A stretch of DNA of 64,000 nucleotides from the NCBI RefSeq assembly GCF_030144855.1, contig NC_082715.1, forward strand, positions 131,440,001 to 131,504,000, written 5' to 3'. The translations under genes and the position numbers were made by a program. Positions 24,340-38,129 of the stretch are shown here, one piece after another. Source of the stretch: Hypanus sabinus. Taxonomy: Eukaryota. Numbering within the stretch: position 1 is the stretch's first letter; each line of letters opens with the position of its first letter. The notes under the pieces were generated by a model. The model made no database searches. It saw only the letters and a program-made list of their open reading frames with translations, and was not told the origin of the DNA.

Positions 24340-25287
24340 ACGATCAACACTAGTGCACCTCTGCAGTGTGTGCTTAGTCTACTGCTGTGCTGTACTCTAC
24401 CCATGTCTGTGTGGCTAGGCATTGCTCAAGTACCATGTATAAATTTGCTGACGATACAACCATTGTTGGTAGAATCTCAGATGGTGATGAGAGCACATAC
24501 AGGAGTGAGATATGCCAACTAGTGGAGTGGTGCTGCAGCAACAACCTGGCAATTAACATCAGTATGATGAAAGAGCTTCAGGAAGGGTAAGACGAAGGAA
24601 CACAAGCCAATCCTCATAGAGCAGCTTCAAGTTCCTGGGTGCCAAGATCTCTGAGGATCTAACCTGGTCCCAACATATCGATGCAGTTATAAAGAAGGCA
24701 AGACGAGAGACTATGTTTCATTAGGAGTTTGAAAGATTTGGTATGTCAACAAATACACTCAAAAACTTGTATAGATGTACTCTGGAGAGCATCCTGACAG
24801 GCCGCATCATTGTCTGGTCTGGGAGGACTACTGCACAGGACTGATAAAAGTTGCGGAGAGTTATAAACTTAGTCAGCTCCATCTTGGGTACTAGCCTTCA
24901 AAGTACCCAGGACATCTTCAAGGAGCGGTGTCTCAGAAAGGCAGCGACCATTATTAAAGACCTCCAGCACCCAGGGCATGCACTTTTCTCACAGTTACCA
25001 TCAGGTAGGAGGTACAGAAGCCTGAAGGCACACACTCAGCAATTCAGGAACAGCTTCTTCCCCTCTGCCGTCCAATTCCTAAATGGACAGTGAACCTGTG
25101 ACCACTACCTCACTTTTTTAATATATATCATTTCTACTTTTTGCATGATTTTTGATGTATTTAATATATATATGCTGTAATTGATTTACTTTATTTTTGT
25201 TTCTATATTATGTATTGCATTGAACTACTGCTTAGTTAATAAATTTCATGAGACATGCTGGTGATAATAAACTTGATTCTGATTCTA
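24340..25287 (+). mobile_element. Rex1/Babar-type LINE 3' portion
   Basis: YKFADDTTIVG, HPGHALFSQLPSGRRYRSL and a (GATTCT)n tail. Very similar to 630-1436. Confidence 0.88.
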
Positions 25288-26939
25288 ATACTTTATCACT
25301 TGGGTAGATGTATGTAGGACTTTTGATGATGCTGCAAGTGATTGTGCTTAGTTATTTGCATTGAGGTGAACTTGCTGGGAAGCTGGGCACTTCACCTATG
25401 GACTTCTTACAGAGCCCAATGTGGGAGCAGTTGGGATGAATAGCTTAATATTTGTGAGTGGGCCATTGGAAATGCTTTGTCGTTTTGGCTGTACCCACAA
25501 AAGATACTATATAGTATTGAAGTGAGTGTTGAAAATTCATCTGTGCTATTAGATGGCAATGGTTTTAGTTTATTGAAGGTTAGATGCAGAAAATGGTCAG
25601 ATGTTTTGGGCCGTTGGTCTAAATTGGCCTACAAAGAATTAAAATAGAGGAATTTCTAGCTTGCCTAATCCAAAGTTTCAAAGTCATGGTTCACGTAGTA
25701 CTGGTATCAGATGATGACTGTATGTGATCTTTTGACTGCTGTTTATGCAATTTGCCGCAATACAGCACAGCTCAACACAGAAATTAAGGAATTAAGCACA
25801 ATCTCTTAAAGCATGATCAAGTAAAAAATTATGAATAGTATGCCACTACTCATGAATGTTTAAATTTTGTTGGAATTTCTTACCTTACGTGGATTTAAAG
25901 AATTAGCAATGGAAAGAGTCTAAGTAATATGTTTCCTGGGGGAGATAATGAATTATTTGATTAAGCACCACAAAGTAGTGTGCAGTATGTTGCATTTGAA
26001 AGGAAAAGATTGCTAGTTATATTAGAATTTCAAATGGTGATTATAAATACATAAATTCAGGAAATGCTGTCCAACAAGGGAGGTTATGATAATGTAAAAT
26101 GCCCTGCTCCCAAAACCATGCACAAGATTGAACTGAACTAATTATGAGAGAAATCAGCATTTTGATGGATGTTAGAGCATACCCTTAAAGGACACTAAGG
26201 ATAAAATTACGATGAGGAAGTAGGCATCAAAGCCAAATAACCTATTATATGGATGGTGCCTACATTACAGCAATTTGAGTAATGGAACTTTGCCCTTTTG
26301 GAATTCACAAATCACAGCCAAAAAAATCTGAATTACTGAATAAAAATTTGCTCTCACAGGAGTTATGTGGAGAAAAAGAAACATTTTTTTTCTTGGAGTG
26401 TGTGAGAATGTAATGAAAACTCATGACTCATGCGGTCTTCTAGGAACACAAACCCTTCTCCCCTGTAATACAGGGGTCTCCATTACTTGTTTTAATTTAA
26501 TTTACCATGGGCTTTCAACTGATTCAAAATAAAAAAAGAACTTATTGTCAACTGTGTCAAATTCTCGGCTGAATCTAACTACTACTACCACCCCTTAACT
26601 AAATCTGAGAATATTTTTTGTTAGAACTGATCACACCTCTTGTTTCTGTTCTTGGTCCCAAGATCCCTTGTTGTGTTCTAGTATATTCTTTTATGCTGTT
26701 TGTGTTTTCCTTCCTCATATTTCTGTAGTTACTGATCAACAATGTTCAATTTTGTGTATGTTTATGATGAGATTTTTTTGGCAATTGGAGCAGGAATTTA
26801 CTAAAGCATTCATTGAAGACTATGAATCATCAATTCAGTGTTGGCTGAGTAGAGTTATGCTTGTACTATATTCCAAAATCTGCTATCTTATTCCTAAATT
26901 AGAAAGGAACCAATCAGGTAGATGTGAATTCTATTCCCA

Positions 26940-27300
26940 GAGTTCAGAATCAGAATCATGTTTAATATTACTGGCATATGTTGTGAAATTTGATCATTTT
27001 TCAGCACCAGTACAATGCAATACATGATAATATGGGAAAAAATAAGTAAATCAATTACAGTAAGTATAATATGTTTGTTATATTAAATAATTCAATTAAA
27101 ATTGAATTGAATTAAAATCTTTTAAAAAATTGGATAGGTATATGGACAGGAAAGGAATGGAGGGTTTATTGGCTGAGTGCAGATCAGTGGGACTAGGTGA
27201 GAGTAAGTGTTCGGCACGGACTAGAAGGGCCAAGATGGCCTGTTTCCGTGCTGTAATTGTTATATGGTTATATGGTTAAAATAGTGCAAAAGCACAAATA
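26940..27300. repeat. Antisense Rex tail with an inserted CR1 3' end
   Basis: (AGAATC)n at ~26945; CR1 end ggataggtatatgga...(TTATATGG)n at ~27130-27277. Confidence 0.6.
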
Positions 27301-28385
27301 ATATTAAAAAAAACAACTCTTACAAATAAAACGTCTTGATCCATGTTGTCATCTTTTCTGAAGTGAACATAACCAAGAAGCAAAGATTCATTATCTGGCA
27401 AAGTTGACTCATCCAACTGCAGAGAACAACTCTGTTGTCCAATGTGTCTTCCACATTCTCAGACACTTAATCTATTCATCTTTGAGCAGAGTTGTCGCTG
27501 AGTAGAATTGCTTTAATTAATTGATCTGGTGACTTAGGCAAGACCATACTCAGAACCTCACTTACTGCTAGCAGAATTTGTTCTTCTCCAACTTAGCAAC
27601 GAACTGTAAGAAGCATACAAATCATCACTGTTTTGTTGTAGAGTGCTGGCAAATATGTTTTGAAATGATTGAAAATAAGCCAAGTTTTTTGTTTGATTTA
27701 TCACAGAGTACTTTCTTCAAATGTTCAAGCAGCCTGGATGGTTTCATTGCCTCATTTGAAAAAAAACTTTTTCACAGAACAAACACATTGGGTGTTGTTG
27801 GTTACTTGGTGCTTGTATAAATCTATATTTCAGATACTCATACTGTCCAGACTCCCGTTTTGTTTGGTCTGCTTCTGCCATTTTTGTATTGGATTAATGA
27901 CCACAGTCAATCCACCTATTGTTTAAGTCCAACCTCAAGCACTACAATCAATAAAGGGGAAAGTTATGACATCATAAAAACTCAGGCAAAATTTGACTCT
28001 CTGCCTTAAGATACATAAAGTGGAGCAGTGATATCTCGGTTGGGCAGTGGGCTACAGAAATGCAGTCAAGGGCAGATTCTGAACCTTACCCCATTGAAAG
28101 CCATACCCCAGTTCACAGGAATTGCCACACTGTGTGATTAGCGTATGGGAATGGTACCAGCTAACACTGTATTACAGTAGTGAACAGCAATAATGCATGG
28201 GTCAGAACTGGAAATAACACTGTTATCTCATTATATGCCAAATACAGAAGTGTCATATTACTTTTCAACAACTGTAACACACTTCAAGCAAAGTCTACGA
28301 AAACAGTGGGTTAGCAAGAGACGAGATGATTACGTGATCATTGTAATCAATTATGAGGCACTAAGGATCAAATGTTTATAAGAAG

Positions 28386-28580
28386 TACAATGGATTCTGG
28401 TGAATTGGGACACATCAGGATCTGTACATTTTGGCCCAATTAAACGACTGCCCCAATTAGCTAAAGTTTCATGGAAGTAGTTAAAAAGGTATAAAAAAAG
28501 ATAAACTACTGTTCAACTGAGTAACAAATTATGCACTTAAATGAAATACAGAACAAGTTAGAACACAACCAGTTCTACTG
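28386..28580. mobile_element. pogo/Tigger-like DNA transposon terminal fragment
   Basis: TA followed by caatggattctggtgaattgggacac with internal sub-terminal ccaatta repeats. Confidence 0.4.
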
Positions 28581-28679
28581 GTGGCTGTGCGTTGTATCTA
28601 ACAATGACAGAAGACCCATGTGGGAGAGATTTTAACGTTGAAAAGCCATTGCACTGGGGCATTTCCACACTCTCAGCCC

Positions 28680-29835
28680 CGGTAATGTTTCCCAGCTCTT
28701 CCTCCCATTGGCAACTGCATAGGTCCTGCTTCATGCACCCATGCTGAGTTTGTCAAGTTCATTATCTTTGACTCTAACTTCCACCCTGCCCTTAAATTCA
28801 CTTGTTCATTTCAGACACCCCCCACCTTGACTGTACATCCCATCCTGTCTCCTGTAAAAATGCTATTCCCTTTCCCCAGTTCCTTTGTCTCTGGTGCATC
28901 TGTTCCCAGGATGCAGTTTCTTTTCCAGGCTGTCAAAGGTGTCCTCCTTCTTGAAAGAAAGGGATTTCTCTTCCTCTACCATAGATGCTGCCCTCACCTT
29001 CATTTCCCAAACATCCATGCTCACTCCACCCCAATGCCTCAGCAGTGATAAGAGTTCCTCTTGCCCTTGTCTAACACTACATGGGCCTTTGCATTCAACA
29101 CGTTTCCTCAGCAACTTCTGCCATCTCCAAATAGATCCTACCACCATACAGTATCTTTACCTACGCCCCTCTCACCACTTTCTTCAGAAATTGCTCCCTC
29201 ATCCCTGTCCATTCATCCCTCCCCATGAACCTCCCTCCCAGCACTTATCCCTGCAAGTGGCCAAAGTGCTCCACCTGTATATCCACCTCCTCCCTCACCT
29301 CGATTCAGGGCCCCAATCAGTCCTTCCAGGTGAGACAATGCTTCACCTGTGAATCTGCTGGAGTCTTCTATTGTATCCAATGCTCCTGATATGGCTTTCC
29401 CTACACTGGTGAAACAGTGAGACCTGTTGTAAATTGGAGGACTGCTTATTTGAGCACCTCCACTCCATCCACCAAAAGCAGACTTCCTGGTGACCAAATA
29501 TTTTAATTTTGACTCCTGTTCCAGTTCTGACATGTTGGTCCATGGCCTCCTCTTATACAAAGATGAGGCCACCTTCAGGGTGGAGGAGCAACACCTTATA
29601 TTCCATCTGGGTGGCCTCCAACCTGACGGTATGAATATCATTTTCTCCTTCTGTTAAAACAAAATTCCCTCTGCTTCCCTCTTCCTCTATTCCCCACTCT
29701 GGCCTTTTTCTCTGCCCACCTGCTTATCATCTCCTTCTTCCCTGTCTCACATGGTCCACTCTCCTCTCCTATCAGATTCCTCCCTCCCCAGCCCTTTACC
29801 TTTCCTACCCACCTGGACATCACTGTTTCCTCCAG
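28680..29835 (+). mobile_element. Penelope-like retroelement (RT C-terminus and GIY-YIG endonuclease), decayed
   Basis: SSFLKERDFSSSTIDAAL; FQVRQCFTCESAGVFYCIQCS..YTGET (GIY-YIG); pyrimidine-rich 3' region. Confidence 0.8.
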
Positions 29836-31229
29836 CTAGGTTCCCGGTGCAGTCTTCCACTGGTAAGTCATTTCCCGACACACCAGTGAGGCCTAGAGCA
29901 AGTGGCTAGAACAGTGCAGGCTCTGGTGAGTCTCTGCTCTCCACCCCACCAGTCAGCTGTCAAACTCACTGCTTAGATGGATGTTTATCAGTGTTTCTAA
30001 ATTCAGCAACATTTAAATTTTAATCTCTCTTTTCCCATACAAAAATGTAAAAATTAAGATTAGTTAAAGGTTCAAAGTTACCCGAGTAAAGAAAACATAC
30101 TCAAGCTATTTAAATGATTAGATAACTCAGTTAAAAACATTTACTAACCTTTCTCCCTTGCAACTGTTTCTCCTGTTGAGTTGGATGGGTCCATTATACT
30201 TGCCCCAGATTATCGGGCATGGCTTCGTTCAGTGGGTGGATTTCTCAGCCTGAGAATCTAGAGCTCTGCAAAGGTCACACTGCACCATTCAACTCCACGA
30301 AGAGACAAGATGGCAGCACCATGACCATTGTCCTGCTCTACGCCACCTGTATTCAGGAGATGTCGTTACTGGCGTTCCTGATGGCGCTGTCATAGATCTC
30401 CATGGAAGGTTTCTCCCCAAGTGAAGGAATGCAAAGTTTTGTAGTGGAAAGAGGAAATGGGATGTCACCAGGGTACAAACTCAGATGGGTAAACTAAAGT
30501 GACAAATTCAACTTCATCTCTCACTTCCAGTGGAAAATATTGATGCAATTGGAAGAACATTCAACACGATTCCTCTGGTGCAAATAAAAGTTCTGTTTAG
30601 TGTGATTTAAAAAAGCATTTAACATTTAGCATTAGTAGTGAAGTTTCTGATAATCATTCGATGCAGTTGGCAGAATACATTTTTTTTAACTGTTTTTATC
30701 GTCAGCAGTAATTCTGAATAGTTTTCATTAAGAATGAAAAGATTAAGGGAGAGAAGGGGTCAAATAATAGATTATTACTTTGAAAAGAGAAGTGCCATTC
30801 TGTATTTTTGGTCGTTATTTATAGACTGCAATTGTTGCCCATTACACCATGTCTAATAGCATTATGTATATATCCTGCATCATATGATTTCTGGATCCTG
30901 AAAGCCATCATTCATTGCCTCTGGTAAGCTATTTAACATGTGGTGGGTTCAAGAATGACAGCTTTGATGCTGTAAGTAGTGGCTTTTTGAACACATTCAT
31001 GCTAAGTAGGTCTGAAAGTCATTACATCTGTAAGCAGTGAGGAAAGCCGCTTTTCTTGCCTTTGTGCCTGTTAAAGCCTGAAGAACATATTCATGTGACT
31101 TGAAGAAAAAGTTCAAATGATGTAACAACTCCAAAGGAAGCTGTTATTAAGAGCCTTGGTAATTCTGTGCTAAGTTGTTCTTATTAATTTAATCACATCC
31201 TGAAGGTCAATTTCCATATTTCCTTGTCA

Positions 31230-31500
31230 GATGGAAGAAGGAATTCAGCCCATTAAATCAATGCCTTCTCACAGAGCGATCCCACTTCCCCACTAACTTT
31301 CCCTAGAGATTATTGTTCCCATATTCCCATCAATTCTACCAATCAGGGGAAATTTACAGTCCTCGATTAACCTTCCAAACTGTATTTCTTTGGGATACTG
31401 ATATGGTCACAAGAAAAATGTGACCATACTGGAAATTAGATCAGAACCCAATTCACTGGAGTTTTGAGGCTATGGCTCTATTAGCTGTGTCACTCTGCCA
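31230..31500 (-). repeat. V-SINE (HE1-like) remnant
   Basis: Degenerate match to the SINE at 44740-45015. Confidence 0.45.
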
Positions 31501-31596
31501 TCCGTACTTAATTTTACTAGATCAGAACCAGAGTCATATATAATATCGTCAGCAAGATGTCATGAAATTCATTAACTTTACGGCAGCAGTACAATG

Positions 31597-32362
31597 TGTT
31601 ACGTACCTCGTAACTGGGTCACTTACCAGCAAAGATAGAGAGTCCGTTGAAGTCTGATGTTACTATTTTTAACAGTATTTATTGATAAAAATACACAAAA
31701 ATAATATCAATGCAAACATACAGATAATATACGTCGTCAATACTAAATCTAAATATAATAATAATCAATAAGAAATAGCTCTATCGTTGTCTAGGGGATA
31801 ATGTATTGTCCGATGGAAATATAAAAGTCACTCAAGTTCATTCAAGCTGCAGCTTTTGGTTGGAGAGAGAGACGGAGGTTTAACTTGCCCATTCCTTTTA
31901 CGATGTCGATCCTTTGAGAGTCGTTGGGGCTGATTTCCCCTTTGTTGTTAGCTAAAGCCATTCTTCTGTGGCAAGGCCACCAATTCCGAGGCAAATGGAA
32001 AAGGACACACGTGGCTTTCCACCGGCTTTCGCTATTACGCTGTTACAGGATTTCTAGCGTTTCTTCTGGTGCGTCTCAAGGGCTGTTCCCCAGACCCTCT
32101 TTTATCCTGACTCACAGGGTCTCAGATGTCACTCAGGGTGGAATGATGCCATCCCCCAGCCAGCCCACATTGCCTGAGGGCTTCCACGAAGTACAGTACT
32201 CAATACACAATTCCATCTCCAAGAGACAATGACCTGTTCCGTGGCTTTGTATCTCTGAGGGCCAGGACATTCCAAACGTCTCTCTCTCATTTCCTGGGTC
32301 TCCTGACCTGACTTAATAGCGATCTTGTGATTCTCAAAAAGGAGGGGACCACGGGCGTAACA
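31597..32362 (-). mobile_element. Solo LTR (copy 1), 766 bp
   Basis: TGTTACG...CGTAACA termini; 4-bp TSD AATG (31593-31596 / 32363-32366). Inserted in an antisense Rex tail (31520-32600). Confidence 0.9.
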
Positions 32363-33936
32363 AATGAAATTGAAGATAAATAAATATAGAGATAAAGCTG
32401 AATTACACTAAATATATATATATGTCTATTAAGTAGTTAAGTTAAAATAAGGAGTGCAAATAAAAGGTAGTGAGGTAGTGTTCATGGGTTCAATGTCCAC
32501 TTAGAAATCCGATGGCAGATGGAAAGAGGCTGTCCTGAATGCTGAACGTGTGCCTTCAGGCTTCTGTAACCACGAGAAGAGGGCATCACTGGGCAAGGCT
32601 ACTTGTGTGCACATACAAACCAGAAGAGTGCAGTCAGCTTCCGTTGTAGAGTAGCTATTGTTCTGACCAACCTAGTTATCATCAACAGATTGTGCAGTTT
32701 GTAACATTACAGAGAGCAATACCTCTATATAACATAATTCACAGTTTGGAAGGAGATGGAGCAGCACCGGGAGTCGCTGATTTCCCATTTATTCCATAAG
32801 ACCTTAAGACGAGAGAAGCAATAATTAGGCCACTCAACTCATCATGTCTGCATGATTCATTTCACAGAAGGTTTCACTCAGTAACGGAGGAGAAATACAG
32901 TGTACAAGGATGCTAGAAATCTGAACTAAGCACCAAAAATGTTATTAATACTCAGCAGATTAAAGGGCCATCTATGGTCAGATAAATACTTCATGTTCAT
33001 GATCTTTCATCAGAGCTGCTGAATACTCTTTATATTTTCTGTTTTAACGTTACTGTCTCACAGGTTGGTTCCTGGGAAATGTTATGAAGCTGGGTTCAAT
33101 CACTTTCACAACAGGGAAAGGCTATTAATGAATATTGCATCGACAGGTTAATGGAGTTGAGGTACATACCTAATTGAAAGACAGCACAGACTCAAGGAAT
33201 TGAATACTGTATCTTTGTTCCCGTGTTCTTATTCAATGTACTAACCCTTAAACAGGAATTTAAATTAGACAGTTTTAAAAATCTGCATTGTAATATATTA
33301 TGTGAAAATGGATTTTGAAATAAAATTGAGGTGGCTTCTATCATTCTGACCCCTGAACATTAACAGAAATATTTCCCTTTCTGCAGTAGTTGCAGTATAG
33401 TTAGTGTAAGGATAAAACAATTAACAAGAAAAATCATTCTCAACGTGCCACTTTGGCAGTGATCCCAACCACCTTAATCTTTCAAGATTTCATGAAAAAG
33501 TATTGAAAGTGTATTGAGTACCTATTTCCTAAATGAGAAAATATTTTAAAAATGAATGTAACCATAAACTGATTTAATGTGACAACCGTGTGCAGTATAA
33601 TTACCTTGTTAACATTAACTCTGTCATGAGCTTAGCTGTATTATTAAAATGAAGCAAGATTAAAATTGATTCTTGAATGTTAGGATTAACGAGAGATGGC
33701 TCTGGTCCAATTTTCCCCATCAAGTGCCCAAGCAACAATCAGTTAACTTGGGCCGCTTTGGATAGAAAAATCTGGGATGCTGCACATTTGGCTGAGTTAG
33801 GGATATTATGCCATGCAGCTATAGATATGGATTCTTAACACATATGCAATGAAATTTGTTCCCTACTATTATAGCAGGAGTGTTAGCACACTTAAAATAA
33901 ATCATCAACATCTCCACTAAATTAATGCCTTACGTT

Positions 33937-34110
33937 AGAAACATAGAAACCCTACAGCAAAATACAGGCCCTTCGGCCCACAAAGCTGTGCCGAACATGT
34001 CCTTACCTTAGAAATTACTAGGGTTACACATAGCCCTCTATTTTTCTAAGCTCCATGTACCTATCCAGGAGTCTCTTAAAAGATCCAACACCGTTGCTGG
34101 CAGATTCCAA
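33937..34110 (-). mobile_element. CR1 3' tail
   Basis: tagaaacatagaaaccctacagc...gtgccgaacatgtcc, similar to 12372-12560. Confidence 0.75.
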
Positions 34111-35033
34111 TTGCTCGTAAGGGATGTGTTAGGCATTCCCCTTTGCCCTGAGAAGAAGATATTGGCAGGCTTTTTCTTGGACAATTACATAAAACAGTTT
34201 AATACAACATAGTGATTTCTTGAGAATTGGGTGAAAATTTTATTTAACTAGTGCATTTTCTAGTAATAAAACAAACTCGGCGAGCAGTTAAACTATGGAG
34301 ACTTAGAATATAACAACAGAAAGAAGTTTGGGCCACTCAGAAAGAGAGGAAGTATCTTACAGAAGTAAGTAGTTCAGGTTGATGATCCCTTCTCAGAAGT
34401 GTTGGCAGGTTCAGAGGCCCACAGGTCGAGAAGCCTGAGCTTATATTTTTATTTTTATTTCAGAATCCGATTCAGGTTTAATAGCACTGACATATGTTGT
34501 GAAATCTGTTAACTTAGCGGCAGCAGTACGATGTAATACATGATAACACAGTGTAGAGAAAAAAATAAACCATTACAGTAAGTACATATATGTATATTAA
34601 ATAGTTAAATTAAAAATAGTGGAAAAACAGAAGTATTTTTTTTTAAAAAGTGAGGTAGTGTTCATGGATCCAATGTCCATTTAGGAATTGGATGGCAGAG
34701 GGGAAGAAGCTGTTCCTGAATCGCTGAGTGTGTGCCTTCAGGCTTCTGTACCTCCCTCCTGATGGTAACAGTGAGAAGAGGGGATATCCTGGTGAGGGTC
34801 TTTAAGAATGGACACTGCTTTTCTGAGGCACCACTCCTAGATGTCTTGGATACCACGGAGGCTAGTACCCAAGATGGAGCTGACTAATTTTACAACTTTC
34901 TGCAGCTAATATTGATCCTGTGCAGTAGCCCCCCCACCCCCACCCCCATACCAGATAGAGATGCAACCTGCTCTCCATGGTGCATCTGTAGATGTTTTTG
35001 AGCATTTTAGGTGACAAATCTCCTCAAGTATAG

Positions 35034-35979
35034 TGTTACGAATGTGGAGCAACTCTGAGGGGCCGAAGGGTGCAAAGTCGCCCCCTCCTTTTTGAGAATC
35101 GCAAGATCGCTAGTATTTCGGGTCTGAGACCCAGGAAATGAGAGAGATACACAGCATGTCAATATTGAAAGAGACACAGGAACAGCAAGGGCGGTTGTTA
35201 CAGACACCGCCAAATACACAAGGTTTGGAATGTCTCTTAACAAAAGCGGAACGGAACCACTGATTACCGTTGTTGTCTCTTGGAGAAGGAATTGTGTATT
35301 GAGTACTGTACTGGTCATTGAAACCCCTCAGGGGGCAGCCAGAGTGGTCTGGTTGAGGGATTGCATCATCCCAACCTGATTGACATCTGAGACCCCGTGA
35401 GTGAGGATAAAAGAAGGGTCTGGGGTAACACCCCTCAGATGCACCAGGAGAAATGCTAGAAATCCATTGACAGCGTTTTATGGCGAAAACCGGTGGGAGC
35501 TCGTGTGCGTCCTCCCTTGCCTGGGTGGCGGGCTCATCACGGAAGAACTGTTTAGCTAAAGGAAAGGTCACACTTGAATGGCCACACCAACGAGACCCCG
35601 ATGGATCGAAACCATAAAGGAAGGTTGGCAAAACCCGTAGCGGTAACTGTTCCCATTCAATTCCTATCTCTCTCTCTCTCTTCAACAATTGCAACACAGC
35701 GACAACCAAACGACGGCAGCCTGTGTGAACTGCAGTGAACTTTATATTTCCATCGGACAATTCATTATCCCCTAGACAATGATAGAGCTTATTTCTTATT
35801 GATTATTATTATACCTGCAGTTTTAGATTTAGTATTGACGACATATATTATCTGTATATTTGCATTGATAATATTTTTGTGTATTTTTACTAATAAATAC
35901 TGTTAAAAATAGTATCACCAGACTCCAACAGACGTCTCTATCTTTGCTGGTAAGTAACCCAGTTACGGGGTTCATAACA
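35034..35979 (+). mobile_element. Solo LTR (copy 2), 946 bp
   Basis: TGTTACG...CATAACA; TSD ATAG (35030-35033 / 35980-35983); TATA-like GATAAAAG at ~35406 and AATAAA at ~35892. Confidence 0.9.
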
Positions 35980-36518
35980 ATAGTCACTGTATTGTCTTCT
36001 TTATAGCTGCATCGATATGTTGGGACCAGGTTAGATCCTCAGAGATCTTGACACCCAGGAACTTAAAATTGCTAACTCTGTCCATTTCTGTTCTCTCTAT
36101 GATGATTGCTTTGTGTTCCCTCATTTTACCCTTTCTAAAGTCCACAATCAGCTCTTTGGTTTTACTGACATTGAGCGCAAGGTTGTTGTCGCGATACCAC
36201 TCAAATGATTGTTCTATCTCGCTCCTGTACGCCCTCTCGTCTCCATATCAGATTCTGCCAACAATGGTTGTATCATCAGCAAATTTATAGATGGTATTTG
36301 AGCAATGTCTCGCCATACAGTCATGGGTATAGAGAGAAAAGAGCAGTGGCTAAGCACACACCCCTGAGGTTCGCCAGTGTTGATCGTCAACGAGGAGAAG
36401 ACATTATTACCAATCCACACAGATTATGGTCTTCCGGTTAGGAAGTTGAGGATCCAATCGCAGAGGGAGGAACAGAGGCCCAGATGCTCTAGATTATTGA
36501 TCAGAAATGTGGGAATGA

Positions 36519-36980
36519 TCAAAAGGTTCAAAGGTTCATTTATTATCAATGCATGTATCCATATACAACTCTGAAATCTGCCTTCTCCAGATAGCCTTGG
36601 AAGAACATAAAACTCATTCAGACCCACCACCCACCCTGCACACAAAAAGAACAGCATCCCGGTCTTCAACACCTCCTCCCCAAAACACACCTCTCTCCAC
36701 ACAAAACGGAACAGGAGCATCAACCCCTCTCCCGCACAAAAAACTAACAGAACATCAGACCCCAGGCACCCTCCCCGTGCAAAACAAAAAGGAAAAAGAA
36801 CAGACGATAAAAAAAGTATAAAAACCATGTCTGAGAAAAGTCCATAGTCCATAAGCACAATAGTCTAATCCATAAACGCAGAACCACAATACCATCCCCT
36901 GATATGACTGACATTCATCGAAAGAGAGGGACACCACATGAGGCAGCGAGGCCGACCCACCTACCACAGCGAGCCACACA
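36519..36980 (-). mobile_element. Non-autonomous retroposon with LINE-type 3' tail, related to 43613-44585
   Basis: Tail ttcaaaggttcatttattatc...tacaactctgaaatctgccttctccagatag and A/C-rich internal repeats (aacatcagacccc), all shared with 43613-44100. Confidence 0.6.
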
Positions 36981-38129
36981 GCAATGGTGTTAAACGTTGA
37001 GCTATAGTCAACGAATAGCACTACGACATAGGTGTTTGCATTTTCCAGGTGATCTAAGGCTACATGAAGAGCCATTGAGATTGGGGTTGCCGTTGACCTA
37101 TTTTGGCGATAGAAAAATTTCAGTGGGTCCAGGTCCTTGCTGAGGCAGGAGTTGATTCTAACCATGACCAATCACTCAAAGCGTTTCATCACCTTAGATA
37201 TGAGTGCTACTGGATGATAGTCATTAAGGCTACTCTTCTGAGGCACTGGTATAATTGTTGCCATTTTAAAGCAGGTGGGAACTTCTGACCATAGCAGTGA
37301 AAGGTTGAAAATATCCTTGAATACATCTGCCAGTTGTAGTCGACTTAAGTTTTCTGAGCTTTACCAGGTATCCTGCCACCTTGCGAAGGTTCAACTTCCT
37401 GAAAAGACAACCTGACATTGGCCTCCAAATCAGAGATGACAGGGTCACTGGATGCAGTAGGGATCTTCACAGCTCTCGTTCAAAGTGGGCATAAAAGGTG
37501 TTGGGCTCATCTGGTAATGAAGCATCACTGCCATTTATGCAATTAGGTTTAACTTTGTAGGAAGTAATGTCCTGCAAATCCTGCCAGCGTTGCAATGTCA
37601 CCTCCAACCTTTGCTTTTGAAATAGCCTCCGCAAGTCATACCTGGTTTTCTTGTGCAGACCTGGGTTGCCCGGGTTAAATGCCACAGATCTAGTCCTCAG
37701 CAGACGATGTACTTCATGGCTCATCCACAGCTCTTGGCTTGGGAACGTACAGCAAGTTTTCACAGGCACACACCCATCAGCAAACGGTTTGCATGAAGTC
37801 TGTAACAACTGCTGCATTCTCATTCAGAGTCGAAGATTATTCCCTGAATCGTCCCGACTCAAAGCAATCCTGTAATTACCAGGTTAGAGAAATCGATGCT
37901 CATGACATCAGTCTGGAGGCTAACTAGATGGAATATAAAGTGTTTGCTTCCCCAACTTGAGTTTGGCCTCATTGTGGAAGTAGAAGAGGCTACCCATGCC
38001 CTTCAGGGAAGAAATCTGCCATCTCTATCCCAGACTGTTTTCTCCGTAACTGCAGATCCACTTCATTTGGTAACCCAGTAATGTACACTACTTGTGGGTG
38101 GAGCAAAGTAATATCGCAACCAATGCTTC

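Larger units (their letters stand above)
34460..37880 (-). mobile_element. Long Rex1/Babar-type LINE fragment hosting two nested insertions
   Basis: Minus-strand NTGEPQGCVLS, LFVDYSSTFNTI and LPDEPNTFYAHFE motifs; tail at 34460. Interrupted at 35034-35979 and ~36519-36980. Confidence 0.8.

Noticed and set aside
30280-30480. GC-balanced segment resembling a coding exon
   Set aside because: Plus-strand frames are short with no recognisable homology or clear splice-site pair; left unassigned.
35110-35760. 216-aa minus-strand ORF
   Set aside because: Lies wholly inside solo LTR copy 2, is not preserved in copies 1 or 3, and has no protein motifs.
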